NCBI GenBank assembly: GCA_015064585.1
Contig: SVRY01000006.1
Location: 2,209-66,208 of the forward strand
Direction: 5' to 3'
Length of the DNA stretch: 64,000 nucleotides
Origin: Oscillospiraceae bacterium
Lineage (GTDB): Bacteria > Bacillota > Clostridia > Oscillospirales > CAG-272
Shown piece by piece: positions 46,207 through 56,136 of the stretch. Below the pieces are notes generated by a model. That model was not told the origin of the DNA. It did no database searches and was given only the letters and a program-made list of their open reading frames with translations. Every line of letters starts with the position of its first letter. Position 1 is the stretch's first letter. Position numbers and translations under genes: made by a program.

Positions 46207-47043
46207 ATGAAAACAAGAATCATCACGGCTTTGATTGCTTTATGCTTGTTTTTGCCGTTTCTCTATTTTTCCGATACACTTGCATTTTTGGTTTTGATAC
46301 AATTGCTTGCATTTGTTTCAACCTATGAAATATTGCGTTGTATTGGACTTGATAAACACAAAGCACTTGCTATTCCTTGCTATATAGTATCAATTTTGGT
46401 ACCGTATTTTTGCCGCTATTCTGAAAAAATGTATTGCGGTCGTATGGAGATAATATTCCTCATCTTTTTTGTGCTTGCATTTTATATGTTGTCAGCCGGT
46501 GTGTTTTATCGCGGAAAAGTTGACCTCTCTTCGATTGGCACGCTGTTGACAATGGAAATGTATGTGGTATTCGCCGTCAGTTCTATCCTACTTTTGCGTG
46601 ATATGCGTTTTGGTCAGTATGTGTACTTGTTGGTATTTATATCTGCATGGGTAACCGATACGGGCGCATATTTTGTGGGAAAGAGCCTGGGGCGTCATAA
46701 GCTGATCCCCGAAGTCAGCCCCAAAAAGACAATTGAGGGTGCTGTGGGCGGTTTTGTTGTAGGTGTTATTGGGCTTGTGATCTACGGTGCTGTGATTGGC
46801 AGTATATCGTACGCAACACCGCAATATTTGTATTTAGCAATTGCGGGCGGTGTTATGTCGCTGGTATCTATGCTGGGTGACCTGATTGCATCGCTTTTGA
46901 AACGGCATTTCGGAATAAAAGACTTTGGATGGATATTGCCGGGTCATGGCGGCGTTCTGGATCGATTCGATTCAGTATTTGCCACAGCCCCTTTCCTCTT
47001 TTTCCTGTATTATTTTATTCCCGACTTTGCGCTGTTTATTTAA
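46207..47043 (+). CDS. cdsA: Phosphatidate cytidylyltransferase
   Basis: DTGAYF, SPKKTIEG and KDFG..LPGHGGVLDRFDS motifs. Confidence 0.97.
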   Translation: MKTRIITALIALCLFLPFLYFSDTLAFLVLIQLLAFVSTYEILRCIGLDKHKALAIPCYIVSILVPYFCRYSEKMYCGRMEIIFLIFFVLAFYMLSAGVFYRGKVDLSSIGTLLTMEMYVVFAVSSILLLRDMRFGQYVYLLVFISAWVTDTGAYFVGKSLGRHKLIPEVSPKKTIEGAVGGFVVGVIGLVIYGAVIGSISYATPQYLYLAIAGGVMSLVSMLGDLIASLLKRHFGIKDFGWILPGHGGVLDRFDSVFATAPFLFFLYYFIPDFALFI

Positions 47044-47110
47044 CAAATTCGGGGTTGTTGCTTGGCAACAACCCCTCTGTTTATTATAGATGTATTTTAT
47101 GAGGGAATGT

Positions 47111-48253
47111 ATGAGAATTGCAATTTTGGGATCTACTGGTTCCATTGGACGGCAGACGGCGGATGTGGCGGCGTTTCACGGTTATGAAGTGGAAGCCATT
47201 TGTGCTGCGCGCAGTATTGATATTTTAGAAGAGCAGATTCGTCGTTTTTCCGTAAAGTATTGCGGCGTTTTTGATTCCAAGGCGGCGAATGATTTAAAAG
47301 AACGCATTTCGGATACCAAAACACGTATATTTGCGGGTGAAGAGGGTATCTTGGAGATGATTGATCTTTTGACTTGTGATACAGTGGTCAACGCTATTGT
47401 CGGAAAAGCAGGTTTGCTTCCTACATTGGCGGTGATACGAAAAGGCATCACATTGGCACTGGCAAACAAAGAGTCGCTTGTTTGTGCGGGTGAACTGGTG
47501 ATGTCTGAGGCGGAACGCATGGGTGTTTCTATTTTGCCGGTTGACAGCGAACACAGTGCGATCTTTCAGTGTTTACACGCGGGCAGGCGCCAGGATCTGA
47601 AAAAAATCCTGCTAACGGCATCCGGAGGGCCTTTTTGGGGAAAAACGAAAGAAGAACTGGAAAACTGTACCCTTGCAATGGCGTTGGCACATCCCACTTG
47701 GAGTATGGGGGCTAAAATTACGGTGGACAGCGCTACCTTAATGAATAAAGGCTTTGAGGTCATTGAGGCGATCCATCTATTCAATGTGAAGCCTTCGGAA
47801 ATTGAAGTGTTGGTGCATCGTCAAAGTATTGTGCATTCCATGGTGGAATTTGCCGATCATTCGGTGATTGCACAATTGTCATTGCCTGATATGCGGGATT
47901 GTATTCAGTATGCACTGACCTATCCCGAAAGGCATCCATCGCCTGTGGCGGAATTGGATTTGACAAAAATCGGAGCATTGACTTTCCAACATCCCGATAC
48001 AAAAGCATTTCCCATGTTGCCTTTGGCACTGCGTGCCATCACTGAGGGGGGCGTGCGCCCTGCGGCATTGAATGCCGCAAACGAGGCGGCAGTGGCACTG
48101 TTCCTTGCAGGTAAGATTCGATTTGTTGAAATTTTTTCACTGGTGACCGATGCGGTAAATGCCGCACCAATGATAAAAAAACCAAATTTAGCGGATATTT
48201 TAAACGCATCCGATGCTGCTTTTGCGCATGTGCAGATGGCAGTAGGCGGATAG
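47111..48253 (+). CDS. dxr: 1-deoxy-D-xylulose 5-phosphate reductoisomerase
   Basis: LGSTGSIG, LANKE, PVDSEH and HPTWSMG motifs. Confidence 0.98.
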   Translation: MRIAILGSTGSIGRQTADVAAFHGYEVEAICAARSIDILEEQIRRFSVKYCGVFDSKAANDLKERISDTKTRIFAGEEGILEMIDLLTCDTVVNAIVGKAGLLPTLAVIRKGITLALANKESLVCAGELVMSEAERMGVSILPVDSEHSAIFQCLHAGRRQDLKKILLTASGGPFWGKTKEELENCTLAMALAHPTWSMGAKITVDSATLMNKGFEVIEAIHLFNVKPSEIEVLVHRQSIVHSMVEFADHSVIAQLSLPDMRDCIQYALTYPERHPSPVAELDLTKIGALTFQHPDTKAFPMLPLALRAITEGGVRPAALNAANEAAVALFLAGKIRFVEIFSLVTDAVNAAPMIKKPNLADILNASDAAFAHVQMAVGG

Positions 48254-48265
48254 TTAGGAGGCGTT

Positions 48266-49297
48266 TTGCTAACACTTTTACTTACTGTTCTGATTTTTGG
48301 CTGCTTAATTCTGATCCATGAATTGGGTCACTATTTGTTTGCCCGACTGTTTGATGTTGCTATCACTGAGTTTGCTGTGGGAATGGGTCCAAAATTGTTT
48401 TCCCGCGTATCTAAAAAGACAGGTATTCGTTATTCTTTGCGACTGATTCCGTTTGGCGGTTATGTCAGCATGGTGGGAGAGGATGAGGCATCGGAGGATG
48501 ATCGCGCGTTTTGCAATAAGGCAACATGGAAGCGAATGATCATAACAGTGGCAGGTGCGACGATGAATCTTTTGCTTGGCTTTATTTTAATGACAGGTTA
48601 TGTCAGCACTTACCCGATGTACGGCACTACGGTACTTGCCGATTTGGAGAATAGTGTATTAAAAGAGCATGCTCAGGTGGGGGATGAGATCGTTGAGATC
48701 GATGGTCATAATGTTTATACAGCCAATGATCTGATCTATGAGATATTTCGCCTTGGCGTTGAGCCTGTAGATGTTGTCCTTTTACGCGACGGTAAAGAAA
48801 TCATTGTTGAAAATGTTCAGTTCCCCGTAACCAATGAAAATGGAATTGCTGCCGGTATGTATGATTTTAAAATATACGGCAAAGAGAAATCCTTTGGAGA
48901 AGTACTGCGTCAATCGGTTTTTCAGTCCAGGCTTTCCGGAAAAATGGTATATGAGTCGCTGTGGGATCTTATGACCGGCAGATATGGCATGGAGGCAGTT
49001 TCCGGCCCTATCGGAACGGGAGAAGTGATCGGAGAAGCGGTGCAAAATGATAGAGAAACCGGCGGATACAGTCTACTGTATTTGTGCGCGGTGATTACTA
49101 TCAACCTTGGAATTTTTAATTTGCTTCCGATTCCTGCGTTGGATGGCGGCAGATTGTTCTTCCAATTGATCGAATTGATACGCAGAAAGCCTATTAACCG
49201 TAAATATGAAGGGTATATCCATGCAGCCGGTATGGCACTGCTCCTTTTACTGATGGCTCTTATTACTTTTAAAGATATTATAAAACTATTTACGTAA
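48266..49297 (+). CDS. rseP: RIP metalloprotease RseP (site-2 protease)
   Basis: HELGH, PDZ-like middle region and NLLPIPALDGG. Confidence 0.95.
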   Translation: MLTLLLTVLIFGCLILIHELGHYLFARLFDVAITEFAVGMGPKLFSRVSKKTGIRYSLRLIPFGGYVSMVGEDEASEDDRAFCNKATWKRMIITVAGATMNLLLGFILMTGYVSTYPMYGTTVLADLENSVLKEHAQVGDEIVEIDGHNVYTANDLIYEIFRLGVEPVDVVLLRDGKEIIVENVQFPVTNENGIAAGMYDFKIYGKEKSFGEVLRQSVFQSRLSGKMVYESLWDLMTGRYGMEAVSGPIGTGEVIGEAVQNDRETGGYSLLYLCAVITINLGIFNLLPIPALDGGRLFFQLIELIRRKPINRKYEGYIHAAGMALLLLLMALITFKDIIKLFT

Positions 49298-49301
49298 AGA
49301 G

Positions 49302-50384
49302 ATGAAGAGTATGACTAATTACAATCAAATTCGCAGAAAATCAAAAGAGATCAAAATCGGAAAGATTGCCATTGGGGGAAATAATCCCATTGCAGTACAA
49401 TCGATGGTGAATGTCAGCGGTTATGATGCGGTCTATTCTCAAATGAAAGAACTGGAAATGGCAGGGTGCGATATTATACGCATGACTGTGCCTGATGCAG
49501 ATGCGGTAAAGGTGCTTGCCAAATTAAAGGAATCTGATTTGACCATGCCCATTGTGGCGGATATTCACTTTGATTATCGCATGGCAATTGAAGCTGCAAT
49601 GGCAGGCGCCGATAAGATCCGTATCAATCCCGGTAATATCGGGTCGGAAGATCGGGTAAAAGCCGTGGTGAATGTTTGTCGTGCCAAAAATGTACCTATT
49701 CGAGTGGGCGTTAACAGCGGCTCGCTTGCCAAGTCTAAGCTTGAGGCGTTTGGCAGGGCAAGTGCTGCGGCGCTGGCGGAAAGCGCATTGGAAAACGTCA
49801 GATTGCTTGAAAAATATGATTTTGACGGAATTGTGGTGGCAGTGAAATCCTCTTCTCCGTATACCATGGTGTCTGCCAATAAGATTCTTGCCGATGCTTG
49901 CAAGTATCCGATTCACTTGGGGGTGACCGAAGCCGGAACCCGTCATGGAGGTATTTTGAAAAGCGCCGCCGGAATTGGCGGTATGTTGTTACAGGGGATT
50001 GGTGATACGATCCGTATTTCGTTGACCGATAGACCTGTGGAAGAAGTAAAGGAAGGTATTGCGCTTTTAAAATCCCTTTCTTTTTACAGTAAGCCTACGT
50101 TGGATATTGTTTCTTGTCCCACTTGCGGCAGAACAAAAATTGATATTATCTCACTTGCCGCGGAATTTGAAGAACGGACCGCAGGCATTGCGCTGAAGCA
50201 AAACTGCAAGGTGGCAATTATGGGATGTGTTGTAAATGGGCCCGGAGAAGCGGGAGATGCAGATTTCGGAATTGCGGGCGGCGTTGGCGAGGCAGTTTTA
50301 TTTAAAAAAGGCAAGATTGTATGTAAAATACCGGAAGATTGCATTGTTTCGACATTGCTTGGTGAACTTGAACAGTATAAGTAA
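49302..50384 (+). CDS. ispG: HMBPP synthase (flavodoxin/ferredoxin)
   Basis: VADIHF, RINPGN, HLGVTEAG, SCPTCGR and MGCVVNGPGE motifs. Confidence 0.98.
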   Translation: MKSMTNYNQIRRKSKEIKIGKIAIGGNNPIAVQSMVNVSGYDAVYSQMKELEMAGCDIIRMTVPDADAVKVLAKLKESDLTMPIVADIHFDYRMAIEAAMAGADKIRINPGNIGSEDRVKAVVNVCRAKNVPIRVGVNSGSLAKSKLEAFGRASAAALAESALENVRLLEKYDFDGIVVAVKSSSPYTMVSANKILADACKYPIHLGVTEAGTRHGGILKSAAGIGGMLLQGIGDTIRISLTDRPVEEVKEGIALLKSLSFYSKPTLDIVSCPTCGRTKIDIISLAAEFEERTAGIALKQNCKVAIMGCVVNGPGEAGDADFGIAGGVGEAVLFKKGKIVCKIPEDCIVSTLLGELEQYK

Positions 50385-50392
50385 GGATACGT

Positions 50393-53300
50393 ATGACCGA
50401 AGAAAAGAATTTTTTTACGCTGTTTGCCAGATACCATCCCAAAGATGAATTGGCGGAAATACTGGCGCAGGCAAAAGATATTGTACGGCGGCTGGATGCA
50501 GACCGCCGTATTGTTGAAGTAACTTGCCGCTTTCCCAAACTGATTGATAAAAGTAAGATCTACCGTATTGAAAAAGAGATAGAAGAGGCATATCAGCTCA
50601 CACGGTGTATCATGCTGACTCGCTACGATGCGCAGCTCTTCACGCCTGAATATCTCCCTCAGATCATTGAGGAGGCCAAACGTGTCAAAGCGGTATCCAA
50701 TGGCTTTTTGGATGATTGTAAGATCTTGGTGGAAGGGACTGATATTACCTTTTTCATTGCCTATGGAGGCGGCAGTGTGGGACTTTTGGAACGGGCAAAG
50801 GCTTCCGAAATGCTGGAAAATATTATTCGTTCTGAATTTGGGATTGATACCAAAGTACATATCCGCATGAGCGAAACCGCAGGTGGATATGAACAGTACC
50901 AACAAGCCATGAATTCCCGATTGTTGGATATTCGTAAAACCGAGCAATCTGCCAAAGCGGCTGCAAAAGTGCAGGCAGAAAAAGCGGCGGCAGAGACGGA
51001 AGCGATGAAAGAACCGCCCAAAAAACGCGTTACCATGGTAAAAGAAGGGGATGAAATGCCGCAGGCGACACTTGGTGCCCAAGAGGGGATCTACCGTGTG
51101 GGGAATATGACCTTTGATCTGCGCAGTCCCGAGTACATATACGGGGAGGGTAAAATAACTTCTTCTCCCACACCGCTTGGGGCAATTACAGGTGCGGCGC
51201 GCAGTTTGCTGGTTTGCGGACAGGTCAACTCCTTTGACGCACGCGCTAACAAAGGAGAAACCAAGCTGATCCTTTCTATCGGTATTACCGACAATCAAAG
51301 CTCCATCAATGTAAAACTCGTTATGGATAAAGAAGAGGGCGATGGGCTTGCTGCCATGATCCGCAAAAGCGGCAGAACGATACGCCGCGGCGTGCAGGAG
51401 GTTGTGACGGTATATAGCATGGTGCTGGCTGTACATGGTTATGCCAAAGAGGATAAATTTGACGGCGAACTGGCAATTACGCCTTCTGCCATTGCCAAGA
51501 TAACCAAAATTGATCGAATGGATACTGCCCCGGAAAAACGCGTAGAATTGCATATGCATACCAACTTGTCTACAATGGATGCGCTGATTTTTCCCGAATT
51601 TGCGGTAGATACTGCTGAGCGATGGGGATGGGATTGCCTTGCGGTTACAGACCACGGTAATGCACAAGCATATCCGTTGATGCTTGACTATACCGTGAAA
51701 AAAAATATCAAGATCTTATACGGTATGGAGGCTTATTATGTAGATGATACGGCGCGGGCTGTATACGGAGATCAGAATTCGTCTTTTGATACCGATGAAT
51801 TTGTTGTCTTTGATATTGAAACCACCGGGCTTTCGGTAACGACCTGTAAGATCACCGAGATCGGGGCGGTGAAGGTTAAAAATGGAGAAGTGTTGGAACG
51901 GTTTAACACTTTTGTTGACCCTGAGGGGCATATTCCCGAGGAAATCACCAAGCTGACCGGTATTACCGATGAAATGGTGGTAGGTGCACCGTCACAGCTG
52001 GAGGCTGTACAGGCGTTTTTGCAATTTGCGGGCAATTGTCTCTTGATTGCGCATAACGCAACCTTCGATATCGGCTTTATCCGCCGTGTTTGCGAACTGA
52101 ACAAGATCCCTTTTCCGTATAGCTATCTGGATACGGTTCCGCTGGCGCGGTTTGTGGCGCCGGAACTAAAAAAATACAAATTGGATTCATTGGCAGAGCA
52201 TTACGGTCTAGGTGATTTCAACCACCACAGAGCCAGCGATGATGCGGAAATGCTTGCTATGATCGTCTTTAAAATGGTGGAACAATTGAGGCGCGAAGGC
52301 GTACACACTATTGCGGAAATGAATGCCGCTATGAGTGATAAGGCTGATCCGCTCAAATTAAAGCCATATCATATGATCCTGTTTGCCAAAAATCTTGTGG
52401 GACTGAAAAATCTTTATAAGATTATATCCATGAGTTATCTAAACTATTACCACCGCGTGCCTCGCGTGCCCCGTACGGTATTGGATGCACACAGGGAAGG
52501 TATTATCGTCGGTTCCGCCTGTGAAGCGGGCGAAGTATACAATGCTCTGCTTGCCGGCAACAAAACAGCGGATGAGATTAAAAAAATCGCATCGTATTAC
52601 GATTATTTGGAGATTCAGCCCCTTTGTAATAACCGTTTCCTTGTGGAAAACGGCACTGTTTCGGGGGATGAGGATCTAAGAGAGATCAACCGACGTATTT
52701 GCCGCTTGGGTGAGGAGCTGGGGAAACCGGTCGTTGCTACCTGCGATGCGCATTTTCTCAACAAAGAGGACGATATTTACCGTCAGATCCTGCAAAAAGG
52801 CATGAAATTCGCCGATGCTGACCGTGAAAGCGGTTTGTATTTGCGTACCACCGAAGAAATGCTGGAGGAATTCTCCTATTTGGGTGAAGAGAAGGCATAT
52901 GAAGTGGTTGTAACCAACACCCGCATGATCGCGGATTCCATTGACAAAATGCGCCCGATTCCCGACGGTGCTTTTACGCCCAAAATGCCGGGCGCGGAGG
53001 AAGATCTGCAGAATATGTGCTGGGAACGGGCGATGAATATGTATGGCTATAACGGACAGATCCCCGAAATAGTCTCCAAGCGTCTTGCTAAGGAACTGGA
53101 TTCTATTATCAAAAACGGCTTTGCCGTACTGTATATGATCGCGCAGAAACTGGTGTGGTACAGCGAATCGGAAGGCTACCTTGTGGGCTCCCGCGGTTCT
53201 GTCGGTTCTTCTTTCGTTGCTACTATGGCAGGTATTTCGGAAGTAAATCCCCTGCCGCCCCATTACCGTTGTCCGGCTTGCCGTTACAGTGAGTTTATTG

Positions 53301-54856
53301 AAGACGGATCGGTGGGAAGCGGGTTTGACCTTCCTGACCGTAATTGCCCCAAGTGTGGCGGCAAAATGACGCAGGACGGACATGATATTCCCTTTGAAAC
53401 CTTTCTTGGCTTCAAGGGCGATAAATCTCCCGATATAGACTTGAATTTCTCGGGCGAAGTGCAGGGAAGGGTACATAAATACACCGAAGATTTGTTCGGT
53501 TCGGAAAACGTGTTCAAAGCAGGGACGCTTGGTACCCTTGCATCCAAGACTGCCTATGGATATGTTATGAAGTATTTGGATGAAAAGGGAATTTCGGTCA
53601 ATTCTGCAGAAGTTAACCGATTGGTCAATGGCTGTGTGGGGGTCAAACGCACCACAGGTCAGCATCCCGGCGGTATTGTTGTTATTCCCAGAGAATATGA
53701 TGTGTATGATTTTACCCCGGTACAGCACCCTGCTGATGATCCCAATTCGGATATTGTTACCACCCATTTCCCGTTTGCATTCCTGCATGACACCATTTTG
53801 AAACTGGATGAGTTGGGACACGATATTCCTACCAAATATAAATGGCTGGAGCGATTCTCGGATCTTTCGGTGATGGATGTTCCCATGAACGACCCTGCGG
53901 TTTATCGTTTGTTTACCTCTCTGGAAACACTGGGACTGAAACAGGGGGATATTGATTGTAACGTAGGAACCTATGGACTGCCCGAATTTGGAACCCGCTT
54001 CTCTCAGAAGATGTTGGAGGATGCGCAACCTAAAAACTTTGCGGATCTTTTGCAGATTTCGGGACTTTCTCACGGGACTGACGTTTGGACAGGCAATGCA
54101 CAGGATCTGATCAAATCGGGTACTTGTACTATTTCCAATGTTATCGGATGTCGTGACAATATTATGATCGACTTAATTCGTTACGGACTTGACAATCTGA
54201 TGGCTTTCCAGATCATGGAAAGCGTGCGTAAGGGCAAGGGCCTGAAGCCCGAATGGGAAGAAGCGATGATTGCCAGCAATGTTCCCGAGTGGTATATCGG
54301 TTCTTGCAAGAAGATCAAGTATATGTTCCCCAAAGCCCATGCAGCGGCATACGTAATGTCGGCGATCCGCCTTGGGTGGTTTAAGGTGCATAAACCCCTT
54401 GTGTTTTATGCGGCGTATTTTTCGGTGGCGCCCGATGGATTTGTGGCAGATGTGGTAATGAAGGGACGTGCTGCGGTCAAAGCCACCATGCGTGAGATTG
54501 ACGATAAGATCAAATCTAAGCAGAACAGCCAAAAGGACAATGATATTTTGTCTGCCCTGCAGCTGGTGGATGAAAGTATGGCAAGAGGTATTTCCTATTT
54601 GCCTGTGGATCTGCATCATTCAGATGCCATTCGCTTTGTTCCCGAAAACGGGCGTATTCGCATTCCTTTCAATGCTCTTGACGGGGTTGGAGAAAATGCT
54701 GCGCAAAAAATCGTGGCAGCGCGAGAGGAAAGTGAAATTTTCTCAAAGCTGGAACTGCAGGAAAGGGCAAAGCTTCCGAAATCGGTTATGGAAATTTTGG
54801 AAAATAACAATGTTTTGAAGGGGCTTTCCGAAACCAATCAGATTACGCTCTTTTAA
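50393..54856 (+). CDS. polC: DNA polymerase III PolC-type
   Basis: PHP motif ELHMHT, embedded exonuclease FDIETTG, GSRGSVGSS, PDIDLNFSG and KYMFPKAHAAAY. Confidence 0.99.
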   Translation: MTEEKNFFTLFARYHPKDELAEILAQAKDIVRRLDADRRIVEVTCRFPKLIDKSKIYRIEKEIEEAYQLTRCIMLTRYDAQLFTPEYLPQIIEEAKRVKAVSNGFLDDCKILVEGTDITFFIAYGGGSVGLLERAKASEMLENIIRSEFGIDTKVHIRMSETAGGYEQYQQAMNSRLLDIRKTEQSAKAAAKVQAEKAAAETEAMKEPPKKRVTMVKEGDEMPQATLGAQEGIYRVGNMTFDLRSPEYIYGEGKITSSPTPLGAITGAARSLLVCGQVNSFDARANKGETKLILSIGITDNQSSINVKLVMDKEEGDGLAAMIRKSGRTIRRGVQEVVTVYSMVLAVHGYAKEDKFDGELAITPSAIAKITKIDRMDTAPEKRVELHMHTNLSTMDALIFPEFAVDTAERWGWDCLAVTDHGNAQAYPLMLDYTVKKNIKILYGMEAYYVDDTARAVYGDQNSSFDTDEFVVFDIETTGLSVTTCKITEIGAVKVKNGEVLERFNTFVDPEGHIPEEITKLTGITDEMVVGAPSQLEAVQAFLQFAGNCLLIAHNATFDIGFIRRVCELNKIPFPYSYLDTVPLARFVAPELKKYKLDSLAEHYGLGDFNHHRASDDAEMLAMIVFKMVEQLRREGVHTIAEMNAAMSDKADPLKLKPYHMILFAKNLVGLKNLYKIISMSYLNYYHRVPRVPRTVLDAHREGIIVGSACEAGEVYNALLAGNKTADEIKKIASYYDYLEIQPLCNNRFLVENGTVSGDEDLREINRRICRLGEELGKPVVATCDAHFLNKEDDIYRQILQKGMKFADADRESGLYLRTTEEMLEEFSYLGEEKAYEVVVTNTRMIADSIDKMRPIPDGAFTPKMPGAEEDLQNMCWERAMNMYGYNGQIPEIVSKRLAKELDSIIKNGFAVLYMIAQKLVWYSESEGYLVGSRGSVGSSFVATMAGISEVNPLPPHYRCPACRYSEFIEDGSVGSGFDLPDRNCPKCGGKMTQDGHDIPFETFLGFKGDKSPDIDLNFSGEVQGRVHKYTEDLFGSENVFKAGTLGTLASKTAYGYVMKYLDEKGISVNSAEVNRLVNGCVGVKRTTGQHPGGIVVIPREYDVYDFTPVQHPADDPNSDIVTTHFPFAFLHDTILKLDELGHDIPTKYKWLERFSDLSVMDVPMNDPAVYRLFTSLETLGLKQGDIDCNVGTYGLPEFGTRFSQKMLEDAQPKNFADLLQISGLSHGTDVWTGNAQDLIKSGTCTISNVIGCRDNIMIDLIRYGLDNLMAFQIMESVRKGKGLKPEWEEAMIASNVPEWYIGSCKKIKYMFPKAHAAAYVMSAIRLGWFKVHKPLVFYAAYFSVAPDGFVADVVMKGRAAVKATMREIDDKIKSKQNSQKDNDILSALQLVDESMARGISYLPVDLHHSDAIRFVPENGRIRIPFNALDGVGENAAQKIVAAREESEIFSKLELQERAKLPKSVMEILENNNVLKGLSETNQITLF

Positions 54857-54871
54857 TAACAAAAAGGCACG

Positions 54872-54907
54872 ATTGCGCAACTTCTCTATGAGAAGTTGCG
54901 CAGTTTT
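54872..54907 (+). terminator. Hairpin after polC
   Basis: TGCGCAACTTCTC-tat-GAGAAGTTGCGCA followed by GTTTT. Confidence 0.7.
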
Positions 54908-55076
54908 ATTCGCCTTTGGCGAGTTATATTGCGTTGCAGTGATATTCGGCATTCGCCGAGTGGTATTCGCTACGCGAGTTTTATGGCGAATAAAATATCA
55001 CTGTGAGGCGCAACCGAACAATATCACTACACGGCGCAGCCGTATAGTATCACTCCGACGAAGTCGGAATATCACT
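54902..55076. repeat. Branched palindromic element built from 9-bp AGTGATATT/AATATCACT units
   Basis: Four AGT(G/T)NTATT units separated by mini-hairpins, then four inverted A(A/G)TATCACT units separated by hairpin-like spacers. Confidence 0.8.
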
Positions 55077-55117
55077 CTTGCTTTCTCTGCTGATTTTTGT
55101 TATAATGGGGTTAGATC

Positions 55118-55172
55118 GTAGGGGAGTATTCTATATGCTTTCGATAGGGGCGGATATGGAATCCGCCCCTAC
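55118..55172. repeat. GTAG-type REP doublet
   Basis: GTAGGGG...GGGGCGGAT-atgga-ATCCGCCCCTAC. Confidence 0.75.
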
Positions 55173-55245
55173 AGGGTATGGGCTTTGCCCGAAGCCTTTG
55201 TAATACAAAGGCGAAACTTGCGATAAATAAAATAGGAGGTTATCA

Positions 55246-55710
55246 ATGGGACACATTTTACCTGAAGAGCAGTTGATTGAATATTTAAAGCCATACTTAA
55301 AAGCAAAAGGATTTAAGAAAAAGAATAAACGTTGGACAAAAGATACAGGTGAATTTACCCTCTGTTTTTATATCCAAGGTAGCTCTTATTCAAAAGAAGA
55401 TTATTACATCCGTCCGGGAATTTTTATCAACACTTTGATGCCTTGCGACGACTTTTACGGTCATTTTATGTTTGAAATTGCCCCCACCACTCCCGAAGAT
55501 GTGGCAAGAAAATTTGACAATTGGTGTGAAGAATGGACAAACAAGTCTTTAATCAAAGAACGTCTGCTTGCGTTTATTGAATGGGATAAACGAAATCCTT
55601 TAGAAAATCGGAGAGCAGGATTGGTTGATTATGAGGCAGATCCTGTTCCCGCACGCGAATTTTTTTCAATTACATTATCAGCAAAGCAGTTTATAATAGA
55701 TAACTTTTAA
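55246..55710 (+). CDS. DUF4304-like hypothetical protein
   Basis: LKPYLKAKGFKKKNKRW..QGSSY N-terminus; SD AGGAGG; own promoter TTGCTT-17-TATAAT (55078-55106). Confidence 0.75.
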   Translation: MGHILPEEQLIEYLKPYLKAKGFKKKNKRWTKDTGEFTLCFYIQGSSYSKEDYYIRPGIFINTLMPCDDFYGHFMFEIAPTTPEDVARKFDNWCEEWTNKSLIKERLLAFIEWDKRNPLENRRAGLVDYEADPVPAREFFSITLSAKQFIIDNF

Positions 55711-55719
55711 TATGCTAAT

Positions 55720-55752
55720 ACCCCGACAGACTTTGAAAAATCTGTCGGGGTT
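55720..55752. terminator. Terminator after the DUF4304-like gene
   Basis: ACCCCGACAGA...TCTGTCGGGGT. Confidence 0.7.
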
Positions 55753-55787
55753 AATATTTGTTTTCTGCGATTCAATTTTTATTATCC

Positions 55788-55835
55788 GTAGGGGAGACCT
55801 GAGGTCTCCCGCGGGCGAACGCAGTTCGCCCCTAC
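55788..55835. repeat. GTAG-type REP doublet
   Basis: GTAGGGGAGACC-tga-GGTCTCCC-gc-GGGCGAAC-gca-GTTCGCCCCTAC. Confidence 0.8.
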
Positions 55836-55856
55836 CGAATCTTTAGACAAACATCC

Positions 55857-56114
55857 TTATGAGAAGTCTGCATTTTCCATGTCTTTTTTGTTATTTGTAA
55901 AACTTATAAAAGTCGTTTTTTGACATAATACAATTTCATCTACATAGGTTTCAAATTCTTCTATCATTTGAGGATCCAGCTTGATATACGTAAATTCACC
56001 GCAGATATCCCGCAATTTTCGAAAATCGTATTCATATACTACCCTGAAATCTGCCGCAGTGCCTCTTTTTAGAATGAGGCGGTTGGTGGATAATTCGGGA
56101 GTAACGTATTTCAT
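55857..56114 (-). pseudogene. Truncated RimJ/RimL-type GNAT acetyltransferase
   Basis: N-terminus TPELSTNRLILKR...D is typical of acetyltransf_3 and has SD AAAGGAG, but the ORF is only 85 aa and lacks the acetyl-CoA-binding G.GY motif. Confidence 0.55.
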
Positions 56115-56136
56115 GACCAAAACTCCTTTTGCCCTG

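Noticed and set aside
50084-54073. 527-aa and 465-aa minus-strand ORFs opposite ispG/polC
   Set aside because: Antisense shadows of conserved essential genes; protein sequences are not family-like.
50393-54856. Intein or other insertion in polC
   Set aside because: Length and motif order are those of an ordinary PolC; no intein splice or LAGLIDADG motifs seen.
54902-55076. Possible mini-CRISPR array
   Set aside because: Repeats are only 9 bp and switch orientation midway, spacers are 7-17 bp hairpins, and no cas genes are present.
54873-55121. 82-aa ORF after polC
   Set aside because: Runs through the terminator, the palindromic element and a promoter; no SD.
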